From Candidatus Poribacteria bacterium (GTDB lineage: Bacteria; Poribacteria; WGA-4E; PCPOR2b): 64,000 bases of DNA. Both the position numbers and the translations under genes were made by a program. Under the pieces are notes generated by a model that made no database searches, was not told where the DNA came from, and saw nothing but the letters and a program-made list of their open reading frames with translations. The stretch is taken from positions 1,696,001-1,760,000 of the forward strand of contig OZ220744.1 in the NCBI GenBank assembly GCA_965116925.1, written 5' to 3'. Of the stretch, positions 39,537 to 49,688 are shown in pieces. Positions within the stretch are counted from its first letter, which is position 1; each line of letters begins with the position of its first letter.

Positions 39537-40334
39537 ATGCAAATCACAAACATGCACATAATAAAATATGTCGTAGGCTCGATCTGTCTGTTTGTTTTCG
39601 CCGCAAGTGCCAAAGGACAGGTCAATATCGAGACATTGCGGCGACTGGACTCAAAGCCCGGTTGGTATAATAACATCACTTTAAGTCTAACATACCAATC
39701 CGGGAATACAGATCTACTCAGATTCAAGAGCAGTCTGCGATCAGATTATTGGTTTGACAAGTATCACACTTTCGGTATTGCTACCTTGCAACAAGGTGAG
39801 CAGGGCGGAAAATTGTACACCGATAAGGGGTTCATGCACCTACGGGGTGCCCGTTCTATCATCGAGCATCTGGGTGTAGAGATATTTCTTCAGAAACAGT
39901 TTAATGAGTCGATTCTGTTACAAGACAGAAATTTGGCTGGTGGTGGGCTTCGTATCTCCGCCCTCAAGCAACGTACGGATAAGAAAAATACGGGAGTGAA
40001 TCTCTATCTCGGTATTGGAGGAATGTGGGAAAATGAAACCATAAATGATAAGGGACACGGTGAGGTCGAGACGACTATTATCCGTTCTACCAATTACATC
40101 TCTGCAGCATGGCGAATTGATAAACGATTTTCTGTTGTCGTTACTGGCTATTATCAACCTTATACCCAACGTTTTTCTGATTTTCGCATTCTGTCTGAAA
40201 GTCGTTTTGAATTTCATGTGACGAAGACGATATCAATTAATACTCGGTTGAATATTCGCTACGACAGTGAACCGCCAACTGATGTTGAAGCGCATGATTT
40301 AGAAGTTGTCAATGGGTTGAGTTACAAGTTTTGA
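39537..40334 (+). CDS. DUF481 family outer-membrane beta-barrel protein
   Basis: Signal peptide, QVNIETLR, SGNTD, YDSEPP, C-terminal LSYKF. Confidence 0.8.
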   Translation: MQITNMHIIKYVVGSICLFVFAASAKGQVNIETLRRLDSKPGWYNNITLSLTYQSGNTDLLRFKSSLRSDYWFDKYHTFGIATLQQGEQGGKLYTDKGFMHLRGARSIIEHLGVEIFLQKQFNESILLQDRNLAGGGLRISALKQRTDKKNTGVNLYLGIGGMWENETINDKGHGEVETTIIRSTNYISAAWRIDKRFSVVVTGYYQPYTQRFSDFRILSESRFEFHVTKTISINTRLNIRYDSEPPTDVEAHDLEVVNGLSYKF

Positions 40335-40362
40335 ACAAATCTCCAAGAAAAAAATCATATCC

Positions 40363-40462
40363 AGGACTTACGCAAATTTAGTACATGGGGGATAGATTTT
40401 TGATTTTTAACCCCCTAAATCCCCCTTGTCAGGGGGACTTATGAATGCGCTGCGTAAGTCCT
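40363..40462. mobile_element. MITE family C with a different hairpin cargo
   Basis: Perfect AGGACTTACGCA / TGCGTAAGTCCT. Internal TCCCCCTTGTCAGGGGGA. Confidence 0.8.
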
Positions 40463-40469
40463 AATATCT

Positions 40470-41471
40470 ATGCTATTTGAGAAAGGATATTCAAACGTGA
40501 AGGGGATTCTTATTTTATTTTTCATGAGCATCTTTATATCCTTTACGATCCTCGCTCAAGAGACTGATTACAGGATCCCGAAAAAGCTGGAGGCTGAAGA
40601 CTTTCAACTGCCACAAGATAAAGAATTGCTGACAAAATTTGACTCGGTAAAAATTCCGACGCTGATACGCCCCATGCTAAAAACGGAGGAGGAATATATC
40701 GTTCCGTGGTTGCGCGAACATACTGCCGACGTTCAGGACTACGAATTGACCATCAAAATGATGCGCCAAGGGGTGCTGGTGACGGAAAAACAGTTTGCAT
40801 GGGTGAAGTCAGAGGTAGATGCCTGTGCAGCGATTTTACATATTTCGCCCCCACCGGCTGTTTTCATTGTTGGCGACGGTAGGATGAAGGCGGAGGCAAT
40901 TAATTTCAAAACACCCTTTATTATCCTTCCCTCTGAACTGATTGACAAGTCAAGCCCTAAAGCACTGCGGTTCGCCATCGGACGCCAGATGGGACATATT
41001 AAATGCGATCATGTGTTTTACAAAGCCTTAACTTCTAAAGCTACTAGTTCACTTGGATTTGTTTTGGGAAAATGGGGGCAGGAATTACTTAACTCATTTT
41101 TTGAAAAGGTAAGCGATTTGGCTTTAGTGGATTGGATACTGGCTCACGAAATATCGGCTGACCGTGCGGGCCTCATCGCCTGTCAAGATTTGGCAGTTGC
41201 TCAACGGGCACTACTCAATTTCAGGTTGGCAATCTCGTTTGAGGGTATCGAGCTCAATGTTGACGACTATCTTGAGCAAGCGAAAATTGTACAAGAAAAG
41301 CAGGGACTGGCTTTAGAAGAACTGCCGGAACCGGTGCAGAAGGGCCTTGGTCATTGGCAGCGGTCAGAGCGATTGCAATCTGAGCATCCGTTCATACTTC
41401 AACGGATTAAAGCTTTACAAGAGTATGCAGCGTCTGAAGCGTATCAGAAGCTATTTGAATCAACTGACTAG
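40470..41471 (+). CDS. M48-like metallopeptidase homolog with a degenerate zinc motif
   Basis: LRFAIGRQMGHIK in place of HExxH; EISADRAG; HP...RI. The start may be GTG 40497. Confidence 0.8.
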   Translation: MLFEKGYSNVKGILILFFMSIFISFTILAQETDYRIPKKLEAEDFQLPQDKELLTKFDSVKIPTLIRPMLKTEEEYIVPWLREHTADVQDYELTIKMMRQGVLVTEKQFAWVKSEVDACAAILHISPPPAVFIVGDGRMKAEAINFKTPFIILPSELIDKSSPKALRFAIGRQMGHIKCDHVFYKALTSKATSSLGFVLGKWGQELLNSFFEKVSDLALVDWILAHEISADRAGLIACQDLAVAQRALLNFRLAISFEGIELNVDDYLEQAKIVQEKQGLALEELPEPVQKGLGHWQRSERLQSEHPFILQRIKALQEYAASEAYQKLFESTD

Positions 41472-41586
41472 TACTCAGTCATATAAGTTTTGCATATCAA
41501 CAAGGGGGTCGGGTGACCCGACCCCTACGAAGTATTATGAGTCTCAATCCATATAGACAATCATAATTTGCCTGACAGTGTACTAG
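41468..41586. mobile_element. MITE family B (119 bp, CTAG ends) with internal REP, copy 1
   Basis: CTAGTACTCAGTCA..TGACAGTGTACTAG, 3 mismatches to 54789-54907. Internal GGGTCGGGTGACCCGACCCCTAC. Confidence 0.88.
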
Positions 41587-41710
41587 AGTACACTGACACT
41601 TTGCTGTTGCGAGTTTGGGTTGTAGAAATTGCCTCAAGGCATATCGGTACTGATTCGATTTGCTAACTGCCGAAACAACCTATTAATATCTAAGATAAAG
41701 GGGAATCGGA

Positions 41711-42994
41711 ATGATTAAAATCAGGGATAGATCTGTGTATGGTTGCTATATTTTCTTGACATGCAGCTTCCTATTGGTCTTCTCAAATATGAAGGTTGTC
41801 GCGGCAGATCAATCGGCTCCAAATTCAGGAAAAGAATATATCTACTTGCCCCTTGCCCTCTCGATTGTTCCTCAAGTAAGCTCCGTTGAGTACGATCCGA
41901 ACGAAGTTCCCCATCTGTCCTTCAACCTGCTAGCTGGCTACTATGCGAAACTGGATGGATTTGAGTTGGGTGGACTCGCTAATTTGGAAACAGAGGAAGT
42001 ATACGGCGTGCAATTTGCTGGACTGACAAACGTTGTTGGCGGGAACGTCAAAGGGTTCCAAGCTGCAGGTGGTCTCAATCTTGCCCGTACCGATCTCAAG
42101 GGATTACAGGTTGCATTGGGAGCGAATATTGTCGGTGGAAACGTCGAAGGGTTCCAGGGTGCCTATGGGCTCAATTTGGCAGGCAGCAATCTTGATGGAA
42201 TCCAGATATCAGGAGCTGCGAATATCGCTGACGGATACGTTGAAGGGGCGCAGGGCTCCTATGGATTTAATATCGCGCGTGGCGATCTCAAGGGGTTACA
42301 GGTGGCGAGAGGTGCGAACGTTGCCGGTGGGAGTGTCAGGGGATTCCAAGGTGCTTTTGGACTTAACTTGGGTAGTGATATCTACGGTCTGCAACTCAGC
42401 GCACTTAATATCGCTCGTGGGCGTGTCGGTGGAACACAGATTGGTGTTATCAATATCGCCCGGAGAATGACAGGATTCCAATTGGGTGTCGTTAATATAT
42501 CTGGAAGCAACACCGGCACTTCCGTTGGGCTATTCAGTTTTACCAAGAGCAAGCTCCTGCATCTCCGCCTCTGGAGCAGCGATACCGAAAATGCGAACGT
42601 CGGGCTGCGGTTCGGTAGTAGCCGCAGCTACAACCTACTGATAGTGGGTGCCCAACAAAACTCGGATCCGATGCGGTGGTCTTACGGAATCGGCATGGGT
42701 GGACATACTCCGTTGAGCGAGCATTTCTTTATGAATATTGATGGAGTTGTTCGGCATGTTCACTACGGTGTGTGGGATAAGGACGATCAAGACAATTTCT
42801 TGACTAAACTGCGCGTTGCTATCGGTTGGGAACAGTATCAACGCTTGAGTGTCTTTGGTGGTATCGCGCTGAATGTCTTTCTGTCCGGTGCAAGCGAAGC
42901 ATCTGACTTCGCCTATGGACTAGATTACTTGACCGAATGGGGCGATGTGAAAATCCGGCTTTGGCCCGGAGTCTTTGCCGGTGTTCAGTTTTAG
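41711..42994 (+). CDS. Surface repeat protein (LA_2272-like GxQxxxxxN repeats) with a C-terminal beta-barrel
   Basis: Many ~15-aa G(F/L/V)Q.A.G.N repeats; ends WPGVFAGVQF. Confidence 0.82.
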   Translation: MIKIRDRSVYGCYIFLTCSFLLVFSNMKVVAADQSAPNSGKEYIYLPLALSIVPQVSSVEYDPNEVPHLSFNLLAGYYAKLDGFELGGLANLETEEVYGVQFAGLTNVVGGNVKGFQAAGGLNLARTDLKGLQVALGANIVGGNVEGFQGAYGLNLAGSNLDGIQISGAANIADGYVEGAQGSYGFNIARGDLKGLQVARGANVAGGSVRGFQGAFGLNLGSDIYGLQLSALNIARGRVGGTQIGVINIARRMTGFQLGVVNISGSNTGTSVGLFSFTKSKLLHLRLWSSDTENANVGLRFGSSRSYNLLIVGAQQNSDPMRWSYGIGMGGHTPLSEHFFMNIDGVVRHVHYGVWDKDDQDNFLTKLRVAIGWEQYQRLSVFGGIALNVFLSGASEASDFAYGLDYLTEWGDVKIRLWPGVFAGVQF

Positions 42995-43058
42995 GCGTTG
43001 CTACACCAAAGGGGACTGTTCTTAATTCCAAGTCCAGCAGAGGAAACCTACAACAAAT

Positions 43059-44573
43059 ATGAACCGACAGACGAAACTCATCCTTGGCATTGTAGGTGGG
43101 GTTGTATTCATTTTGTTATCCCTTTACTTCTTTTCACGCCGGCAAAAAGAATCGGATATTTCAATTATACCACCCGCCCCACCGCGCGATGTTACACCCG
43201 TTCCACTGCCGCCTCCTATACCTTCGACTATTGCGGTTAGGGCAACTCTGCCTATCGCGGATCTTGAAAACCTTGCCGCATCAGCACTTAGTGGTTATCT
43301 CCGTAACCCTATCCATAGGAAAGACGATTCGATGGAATACTATGTGACGTTAGCGTTGCGTGGAATCACCATGAAAGGCTCAGATAGTTCACTGCAAGGA
43401 TATAGTTCCACTGAACAGGTAATTGAGGCAGAGGCACTACTCACCTTTACCGGTTGGGTACGCGTCTCTAAGCAAATTTTTGGAAAAACGCTTCAAAAAC
43501 GGGAAGATGTTACCGGTAATGCAGTTGCCACACTACAACTTGGATTAACATTTAATCCAGATTGGAGTATTAATGCGACAGCACACTCAGATCTCCTCAT
43601 TCAACAGGCGGACATTGAAATTTTAGGCTTAACGGTTTCGATACGCAAGCCTCTTACAAAATTGATAAAAGAAATGGTCCTCCCTAAATTAGAGGCTAAA
43701 ATTATTGAATATCTCACCCAGATAGAGATAAAAAGCCGCGTCTCCAGTTTGTGGGCGCGGCTCTATGAACCGATAGTCGTGAATTCGGAACCCCCTATTT
43801 TGCTTTCAATAGAACCTTTAGAAATCATGGCACAACAACCTTCAAGCGATGCGGAAGCACTCTACCTCGATTTTGGCATAAAAACCTATATTAGAGCAAA
43901 CATTGGGGAGGAATCTCCACTTGTATCCGATGCAACGGATACAGAGATCCTACCAACGGAAGATAGAGAGGAACAGACGAAAGCGATACCGAACCTCCAT
44001 TTTGTGGACTCGCTTGAGGCGGGATATCGCATTACGGCACCGCTGCTAGTGACCTATGCTACTATCGAACAGCTAGCGCGCCCCCATGTAGAGAAAGCGC
44101 ACCGGCTTAAAGGGATCGAAACGTTTGTTGAGAGTTTAACCATTTATGGGAGTCAAACTAAGCTCGTTGCTGGGCTCTCTTTTCGGATGCCGAAACTCCG
44201 CGCGAGCGGACAGGTTTATCTCCTCGGCACTCCTCACTATAATTCAGACGAAATGACGCTCTCAGTTACCGATTTTGACTATTCGCTCACAACGCGAAGT
44301 CTGCTTTTGGAGATAGCAGAGAACATGGATGGGGGTGCCTTTCTAAACCTGCGTGAGAATGTAGAATCAAAACTTGTCTTTTCCTTGGAAGAGCGATTGA
44401 TGCTGTTACGGGAAAAACTCCAAGCGGCGATTGAAAACCAAGCTATTGGCTCCTATATTCGCTTACATGGGACCGTAGATGCGATTACCCCAGAGGGGCT
44501 CTATCTAACCTCGGAGGGTATCCGTATTCCCTTCCATTTAGAGGGAAAGCTGCACAGTAAGGTTGAACTATAG
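43059..44573 (+). CDS. DUF4403 family protein
   Basis: N-terminal TM, Pro-rich linker, PSTIAV, NPDWSI, GQVYLLGTPHY, DFDYSL. Confidence 0.75.
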   Translation: MNRQTKLILGIVGGVVFILLSLYFFSRRQKESDISIIPPAPPRDVTPVPLPPPIPSTIAVRATLPIADLENLAASALSGYLRNPIHRKDDSMEYYVTLALRGITMKGSDSSLQGYSSTEQVIEAEALLTFTGWVRVSKQIFGKTLQKREDVTGNAVATLQLGLTFNPDWSINATAHSDLLIQQADIEILGLTVSIRKPLTKLIKEMVLPKLEAKIIEYLTQIEIKSRVSSLWARLYEPIVVNSEPPILLSIEPLEIMAQQPSSDAEALYLDFGIKTYIRANIGEESPLVSDATDTEILPTEDREEQTKAIPNLHFVDSLEAGYRITAPLLVTYATIEQLARPHVEKAHRLKGIETFVESLTIYGSQTKLVAGLSFRMPKLRASGQVYLLGTPHYNSDEMTLSVTDFDYSLTTRSLLLEIAENMDGGAFLNLRENVESKLVFSLEERLMLLREKLQAAIENQAIGSYIRLHGTVDAITPEGLYLTSEGIRIPFHLEGKLHSKVEL

Positions 44574-44670
44574 TAGATTTTAGAATTAATGGGACACGCC
44601 AAACCGGTGCGGTTACAAACCGCACCTACCGGGGGGCGCAAGTGTTTCTTTATTTTTTGAATTCACTATA
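44569..44670. mobile_element. MITE family A; overlaps the TAG stop of the upstream gene
   Basis: TATAGTAGATTTTAG...GAATTCACTATA. Confidence 0.88.
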
Positions 44671-44734
44671 AATCCTCCGGATGATTTTGATTAGACAGCT
44701 ATGGGAGTTGATTGAATGAGTATGACGTTTCCAC

Positions 44735-47008
44735 CTAATCAATTGCAATCCGCTCAATTGAATGGACAAAGAGTACATCATTCGCACCCGCGTAACGCCG
44801 CAGCGTTTGGGTCACTGCTTCCGGTTCGAGATTTTCCCCTGTTACACCTGCAATAACTAAATCAGCCTGCGAAGAGTGGTGGGTCACCTCTTCCTCCAAG
44901 GCTTCTCCATTGCTGCACGAAACAGAAGTCACATTCTGCGCTGAAATCGGCAGCCGCCCTTCTCTCATCCACGCTGAGAGCCTATCCGCCTCACGTTCAG
45001 CGTCCTGAGAATCAAAGCAAGCAAAGAGTTGAATCTCAGCCCGCCTCCATTCCGGGTGCCCCACAATGATATATGCAAGCAATAGCATCATTGGAGCGTT
45101 CCCCAAGTTATCTTCGGTCACCCATACGTGGATCGAAGACCGGTAACCGAATCGGTACTTTGTTGATCGTAGGATGAGCACATTGAACATCGAATTGGCA
45201 GCGAGCCGAGCCCCTTGCCCAACCGCATTGATTTCATCAGGATTGTCTTGATCGAACTCAAGCAGGATGGAGTTGTTCGGTAAGCCGGAAATCCCTGGCA
45301 TCTGCAGCGTCTGTGCAATAGCGAGTTGGAACGTTGGGCAAATCAGGGTATCAACAAAGATGCCTGCTCTGCTGATCTCTGTTCGCTGGATTAATTCGTC
45401 AACATGGACGCGCGCATCAATCTCATCAGGGAACGAGTAATTGCCATGGAAAAACTGGATGAAATGACCAAATCCGTGCCGATGGCAAATCCAACGGAGC
45501 AGATCAAAATGCCCAAGCCGACGTTCACCAAATTGGGTTACCGCAATGATTGATGGACGCCACCCGCCTTCAGATGAAATCACACGGTTCTTCTGTAGGG
45601 TAATCTGCAACCACCGGGTGAGTTGGAACATAGTTCCTTGGAAGATCGCCGTTAAGTCACGCTGCCCACGATGGGTATGGCGAAGTCCGAGATAGATTGC
45701 TAGCATGAGAAAAATTGAGATAAACGCATACAGCACATTTATCTGAATCATCATCAAGCCGCACATCACAGTGCCAACTAGTGATAAGTACCACCGAGAA
45801 TGAAACGTAGGACGATAGGACGGATTCCCTGCGAAGTGCTCTAGAAATGACACCGCACAGAGGACACCGTATGTCACAATGAAGAACATGGTGAGGATTC
45901 GGGCTATGAAGTCCACACCGCCAGCCACTACGAACACAATCGCTATCGCACCTGATACGCAGGTTGCGTACACCGGCTCCTGCGTCTGTCCTACCCCCTT
46001 TTCCATTAGACGGTTCAATCTAGAGAACGGCAGCACATTGTCGCGACCAATCATTTGGAGTGTTCTGGGAGCCACTAAAACCGAACCAAGGGCGGAGGAC
46101 AGGGCGGCTGCGCCCAACCCAATGTAAATCGCCGGGCCCCATACAGCAATCTTTGTCATAACAAACTGATCAGCGGCAAGTGCCTCAGGTATAGCACTTT
46201 GGGCAAGCTTTACAGCAACAAGCGCGTATATGACCATGCCCACAATTGTCGCGCCAATCGTACCCAAAGGTATACTCCGTTGAGGATTCTTCAGGTCGCC
46301 GGATAGCCCAAGCCCCGCAATCATGCCGGTGAAGGCGGGAAAACAGATTGCGAAAACGGTGCCGAAGCTATCACCCCCTTCGATTCGTGCCGTGATGTTC
46401 AGTCCTTCCGGGCGTATATCCGCGGGTGCTTCTCCCAAAAAGAACGCACCGATTGAGATCGCTAGGATTGCGTTGACCCCCCACAGTGCCCATATTCCCA
46501 TATCGGCTCCCTTAGTTAACATCAGCGCAATAAGGAGGAGCGTGCCGGTAAGACTCACCCAGCGGGCATCAAGCTTGAATTCGTACGTGGCAGCCACCCA
46601 TTCATAGAGCGGTTGCAAAGCCTCTGCAAACGCAACCATATAGAAAGCAATTGAGATCGCTTGGGAAAGGTACAGAGTAATCCCAATTGTGCCGCCGATG
46701 GTCGGACCAAAGGAACGGCTGACTATGTAATACGCACCGCCGCCCGCCACGCGGCGGTTGGTTGCAATCTCGGACACCGCCAACACTGTGGGAATGGTCA
46801 CCAGATGCCCAAGAGCGATAATTGCCAAGCTGCCCCAAAGTCCTACATGACCGACAGCGTAGCCGAACCGCAAGAAAAGAATTGCACCCAGAATCGTACA
46901 GATTGAGGTGAGGAAAACAGGGGCGGTGCCAAAGCCGTGCCCATCTTGAGAATGTGAGACACCGCTGCTGGAGGTCGCCCCGGATTGTTGTGTCGGATTT
47001 GAAAGCAT
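44735..47008 (-). CDS. Prokaryotic cation-chloride cotransporter (SLC12/APC family)
   Basis: TILGAILFLRFG, GGGAYYIVSRSFG, FPAFTG, SGDLKNPQRSIPLGT, PSYRPTF, WRPSI and a large cytoplasmic C-domain. Confidence 0.88.
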   Translation of the reverse strand: MLSNPTQQSGATSSSGVSHSQDGHGFGTAPVFLTSICTILGAILFLRFGYAVGHVGLWGSLAIIALGHLVTIPTVLAVSEIATNRRVAGGGAYYIVSRSFGPTIGGTIGITLYLSQAISIAFYMVAFAEALQPLYEWVAATYEFKLDARWVSLTGTLLLIALMLTKGADMGIWALWGVNAILAISIGAFFLGEAPADIRPEGLNITARIEGGDSFGTVFAICFPAFTGMIAGLGLSGDLKNPQRSIPLGTIGATIVGMVIYALVAVKLAQSAIPEALAADQFVMTKIAVWGPAIYIGLGAAALSSALGSVLVAPRTLQMIGRDNVLPFSRLNRLMEKGVGQTQEPVYATCVSGAIAIVFVVAGGVDFIARILTMFFIVTYGVLCAVSFLEHFAGNPSYRPTFHSRWYLSLVGTVMCGLMMIQINVLYAFISIFLMLAIYLGLRHTHRGQRDLTAIFQGTMFQLTRWLQITLQKNRVISSEGGWRPSIIAVTQFGERRLGHFDLLRWICHRHGFGHFIQFFHGNYSFPDEIDARVHVDELIQRTEISRAGIFVDTLICPTFQLAIAQTLQMPGISGLPNNSILLEFDQDNPDEINAVGQGARLAANSMFNVLILRSTKYRFGYRSSIHVWVTEDNLGNAPMMLLLAYIIVGHPEWRRAEIQLFACFDSQDAEREADRLSAWMREGRLPISAQNVTSVSCSNGEALEEEVTHHSSQADLVIAGVTGENLEPEAVTQTLRRYAGANDVLFVHSIERIAID

Positions 47009-47054
47009 TAAAATGGTTTCTCCTTCATCAAAATGTCAACACGCCCTAACTTGT

Positions 47055-47417
47055 TTATTCAGCTTCTTTTTTCTCCTGATCACCGGAGTGGGCATCAGCC
47101 AGTTCCGACTTCTTTTCGACAAAAGCGGTTTTCCCAGCCTCGACAGCTGCCTTCACGCTTTCCGTCGTATCGCCTACTTCTACTTTCCCTTTCCCTACCA
47201 AATTAGTAACCTTTTCGGTTGTTACATTTTTTACACGATGGGTAGTACTGATAGCTTTCTCCTTAACAACCGTAGAAGCATCGCGAATCTTTTGCCGTGT
47301 TTCTCTACCCTTCATGGGTGCAAAAAGCAACCCGAGGGCTGAACCAACTAAGCCGCCCGAAAGGAATGCCAAAAATGCACCAAACTTATTACCTTGTTTT
47401 TCGCTACACATTTGCAT
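47055..47417 (-). CDS. YtxH domain protein (copy 2)
   Basis: [24 protein letters not shown]; close paralog of 18507-18866. Confidence 0.9.
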   Translation of the reverse strand: MQMCSEKQGNKFGAFLAFLSGGLVGSALGLLFAPMKGRETRQKIRDASTVVKEKAISTTHRVKNVTTEKVTNLVGKGKVEVGDTTESVKAAVEAGKTAFVEKKSELADAHSGDQEKKEAE

Positions 47418-47503
47418 AACCTCCTTAGTTATAGTTAAACGTTTAGCCGTATACTTACGCCTAATTTCACGAATAATCCAAAGAAATACTGCGGAACAGA
47501 AAT

Positions 47504-48091
47504 CTACTCATTTTGTTCTATCGAAGTTTTATCTTCTGAATTTGATATGTGTGATGGCCGAGAACCTCTGAATACCTCCCAACCAGCCTTAATCGCGCTC
47601 CATGTGCTGATAATGTCTGTGACAGAACCGGCTAGTCGATCACGATAGTATTCTGCCTGCTTGATTGTTGTTTGTGAAGCATCTTTGACGGTATCAACTA
47701 ATTCATTGATTTTCGCAATGTTGTGATTTACGGTTTCCGTTATTTCTTGGATGTTATGTGTTGTCGCTCGAATTTCGGATTCACTCATCTGCTGGACGGA
47801 AGCGGTAATCCCACTGATATTCTCAAGCAATTGAGGAAGTTTTTGATTCAATTCTGTAACGGTCACATCCAGAGAGATGAGTAAAGCACTCACTTCGTGA
47901 TGTATGCCTACAAGGTCCTCAGCTGCTTTAAATAAACTAGGAACATCTTTACCTAGCAGATTCTCTACAGATTTTAAAGTCTTCCCAATCCGAAATGCTA
48001 GCCATATAAAAAAGATGGAAAGCACCAATAACAATAAACCCAAAGGGATTTGCCAGTAAAGCGAAGTAGCCACATTAAACAGAATATCCAT
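47504..48091 (-). CDS. Single-TM coiled-coil protein, DUF948/YtxG-like (copy 2)
   Basis: Shares SLYWQIPLGLLLLVL and QQMSESEIR.TTHNIQEITET with 17733-18317. Confidence 0.75.
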   Translation of the reverse strand: MDILFNVATSLYWQIPLGLLLLVLSIFFIWLAFRIGKTLKSVENLLGKDVPSLFKAAEDLVGIHHEVSALLISLDVTVTELNQKLPQLLENISGITASVQQMSESEIRATTHNIQEITETVNHNIAKINELVDTVKDASQTTIKQAEYYRDRLAGSVTDIISTWSAIKAGWEVFRGSRPSHISNSEDKTSIEQNE

Positions 48092-48309
48092 ATTTACTCC
48101 TCACAAAATCAGGACATATTCACCTCATCTCCACTTAGTAAAGTTTTCAACCTTATGCGCCTCGAAACAATTTTGGATATTGCTTTGGTTTTTAGCAGAT
48201 CATTTGATGCTTTCTGCATTTACCAAATTGGTGACAGCCAAACGTCAAGGTAGCACAGCAACTTGAATCAAATCATGTCCATTCTGGTGGTATGTCTCAA
48301 TCGAGAGGT

Positions 48310-48370
48310 ATGGGGGCTTCATAAAATGTGAGGCAATACCTTGGGCTTTATGAAGTCCCTGTCCCCCATA
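48310..48370 (-). terminator. Intergenic stem-loop after the exported-protein gene
   Basis: TATGGGGG / CCCCCATA and GGGCTTCATAAA / TTTATGAAGTCC inverted repeats. Confidence 0.45.
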
Positions 48371-48388
48371 GTTTTGCGCTTCCTCTAT

Positions 48389-49579
48389 TTAGAAGACACG
48401 GTAGTTGAGTACGACAGTAAAATTGCTGGTGATGTCTTGATCAGATACAATTTCAATCTGCTCTGTTGCCACTAGATTGAGGTTATTCTCAATGTAGTAG
48501 ATGAACGAGATTCCTAATGCCTGACTATTCTCCGTATCCCCACCTTCGGGCTTGGACAACTGAAACAGATGTCGAAGACGCAAGTCAATACGGTTGGACA
48601 ATTCGTAGGAAATATCGCTTGACAGGGATAACGCGTATGCGGATCCAAAGCTATCAAACGGTGTATTCATTGTAATACGCTCACTGATTTGCCATCGCCA
48701 CGCAATTGGCCGTGCATAGCTCGCAGTCACATCAAGATTCGCTATTGGACGATCTTGGCCCTCATACGGTGTGGTGATATCGAATTTGGAACCAAGTGCT
48801 ACGTCCCAACCATAGAACCGATCTGCGATATCCTCACGTTCAAGAATCTCCTCAATCCGAAGCACCCCGATTGCACTAAGTCCATCTTCTTTGAGCAGTC
48901 CTGATTCACGCATAACCGCTTCCATGTCTTTATACCACTCTTTTTTGTAGACCTCGCCGAACCTATCTTGATATTCGCCTTCGCGGTTGATAATCTTACT
49001 CAGCTCTAGAATCACGTCCTTGGGCAGATGGCCGCTAAGTTCCCCTTCGTTAATGAGAAATTCTTCGATGCGAACGGCTTTTGCCAGCGCAGTCGCTTCA
49101 ATAAATCGTCCATATCCCAACCCAACAGTCACGGCGGAAGCGGGCCGGTCATATACTTTTTGCATGTCTGAACTAGCACGGATGGAACCAAAGCTATCTT
49201 TGAGTAACGGATTGCTTTCCATCAGATATTTTTTGACGCCGGCATCTCCGTTGACTTGGTAATTGTTGTCATACTCATCTGTCTCTATGTTCTTATCCAC
49301 CAAACCGGACCCAATAATGTCAATTGAATAACCAAACGGCAAGGAATCATAGAACCTTTTGTAAATACCACCAATATTTCCTTTGCTGGTTGTCGCAGTT
49401 GATCCTGATGTTGCATGGTTCATGGAAAAATCAATGAGGAGGCGGTCCGCAGCACTGACTGGTACTTCGTAGTCAGTAACAGATACTTCTTGTGCAGATA
49501 CATCGTTCGCAACAAGAATAAGTCCTCCAAATAATACAAGTGAAGCTCCTAGCAGAGCATACGCACATCTCTTCAACAT
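48389..49579 (-). CDS. Exported protein, probable outer-membrane beta-barrel
   Basis: Signal peptide ending VSA-Q, GLGYGRFI motif, alternating strands, C-terminal LNYRVF; RBS GGAG. Confidence 0.75.
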   Translation of the reverse strand: MLKRCAYALLGASLVLFGGLILVANDVSAQEVSVTDYEVPVSAADRLLIDFSMNHATSGSTATTSKGNIGGIYKRFYDSLPFGYSIDIIGSGLVDKNIETDEYDNNYQVNGDAGVKKYLMESNPLLKDSFGSIRASSDMQKVYDRPASAVTVGLGYGRFIEATALAKAVRIEEFLINEGELSGHLPKDVILELSKIINREGEYQDRFGEVYKKEWYKDMEAVMRESGLLKEDGLSAIGVLRIEEILEREDIADRFYGWDVALGSKFDITTPYEGQDRPIANLDVTASYARPIAWRWQISERITMNTPFDSFGSAYALSLSSDISYELSNRIDLRLRHLFQLSKPEGGDTENSQALGISFIYYIENNLNLVATEQIEIVSDQDITSNFTVVLNYRVF

Positions 49580-49671
49580 AATAAATCTCCTTTTTGTAGG
49601 TGTTTTGGTAGTCAATAAACAGTCAACGGTAACTGAAATCGAAAAAAATTAAAAGACAAATCGTAATATGG

Positions 49672-49688
49672 TGCAAGTACTATGCCAG
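49672..49688 (-). promoter_or_regulatory. Sigma54 (-24/-12) promoter
   Basis: Minus-strand CTGGCATAGTACTTGCA has exact GG-N10-GC spacing, about 90 bp before ATG 49579. Confidence 0.78.
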
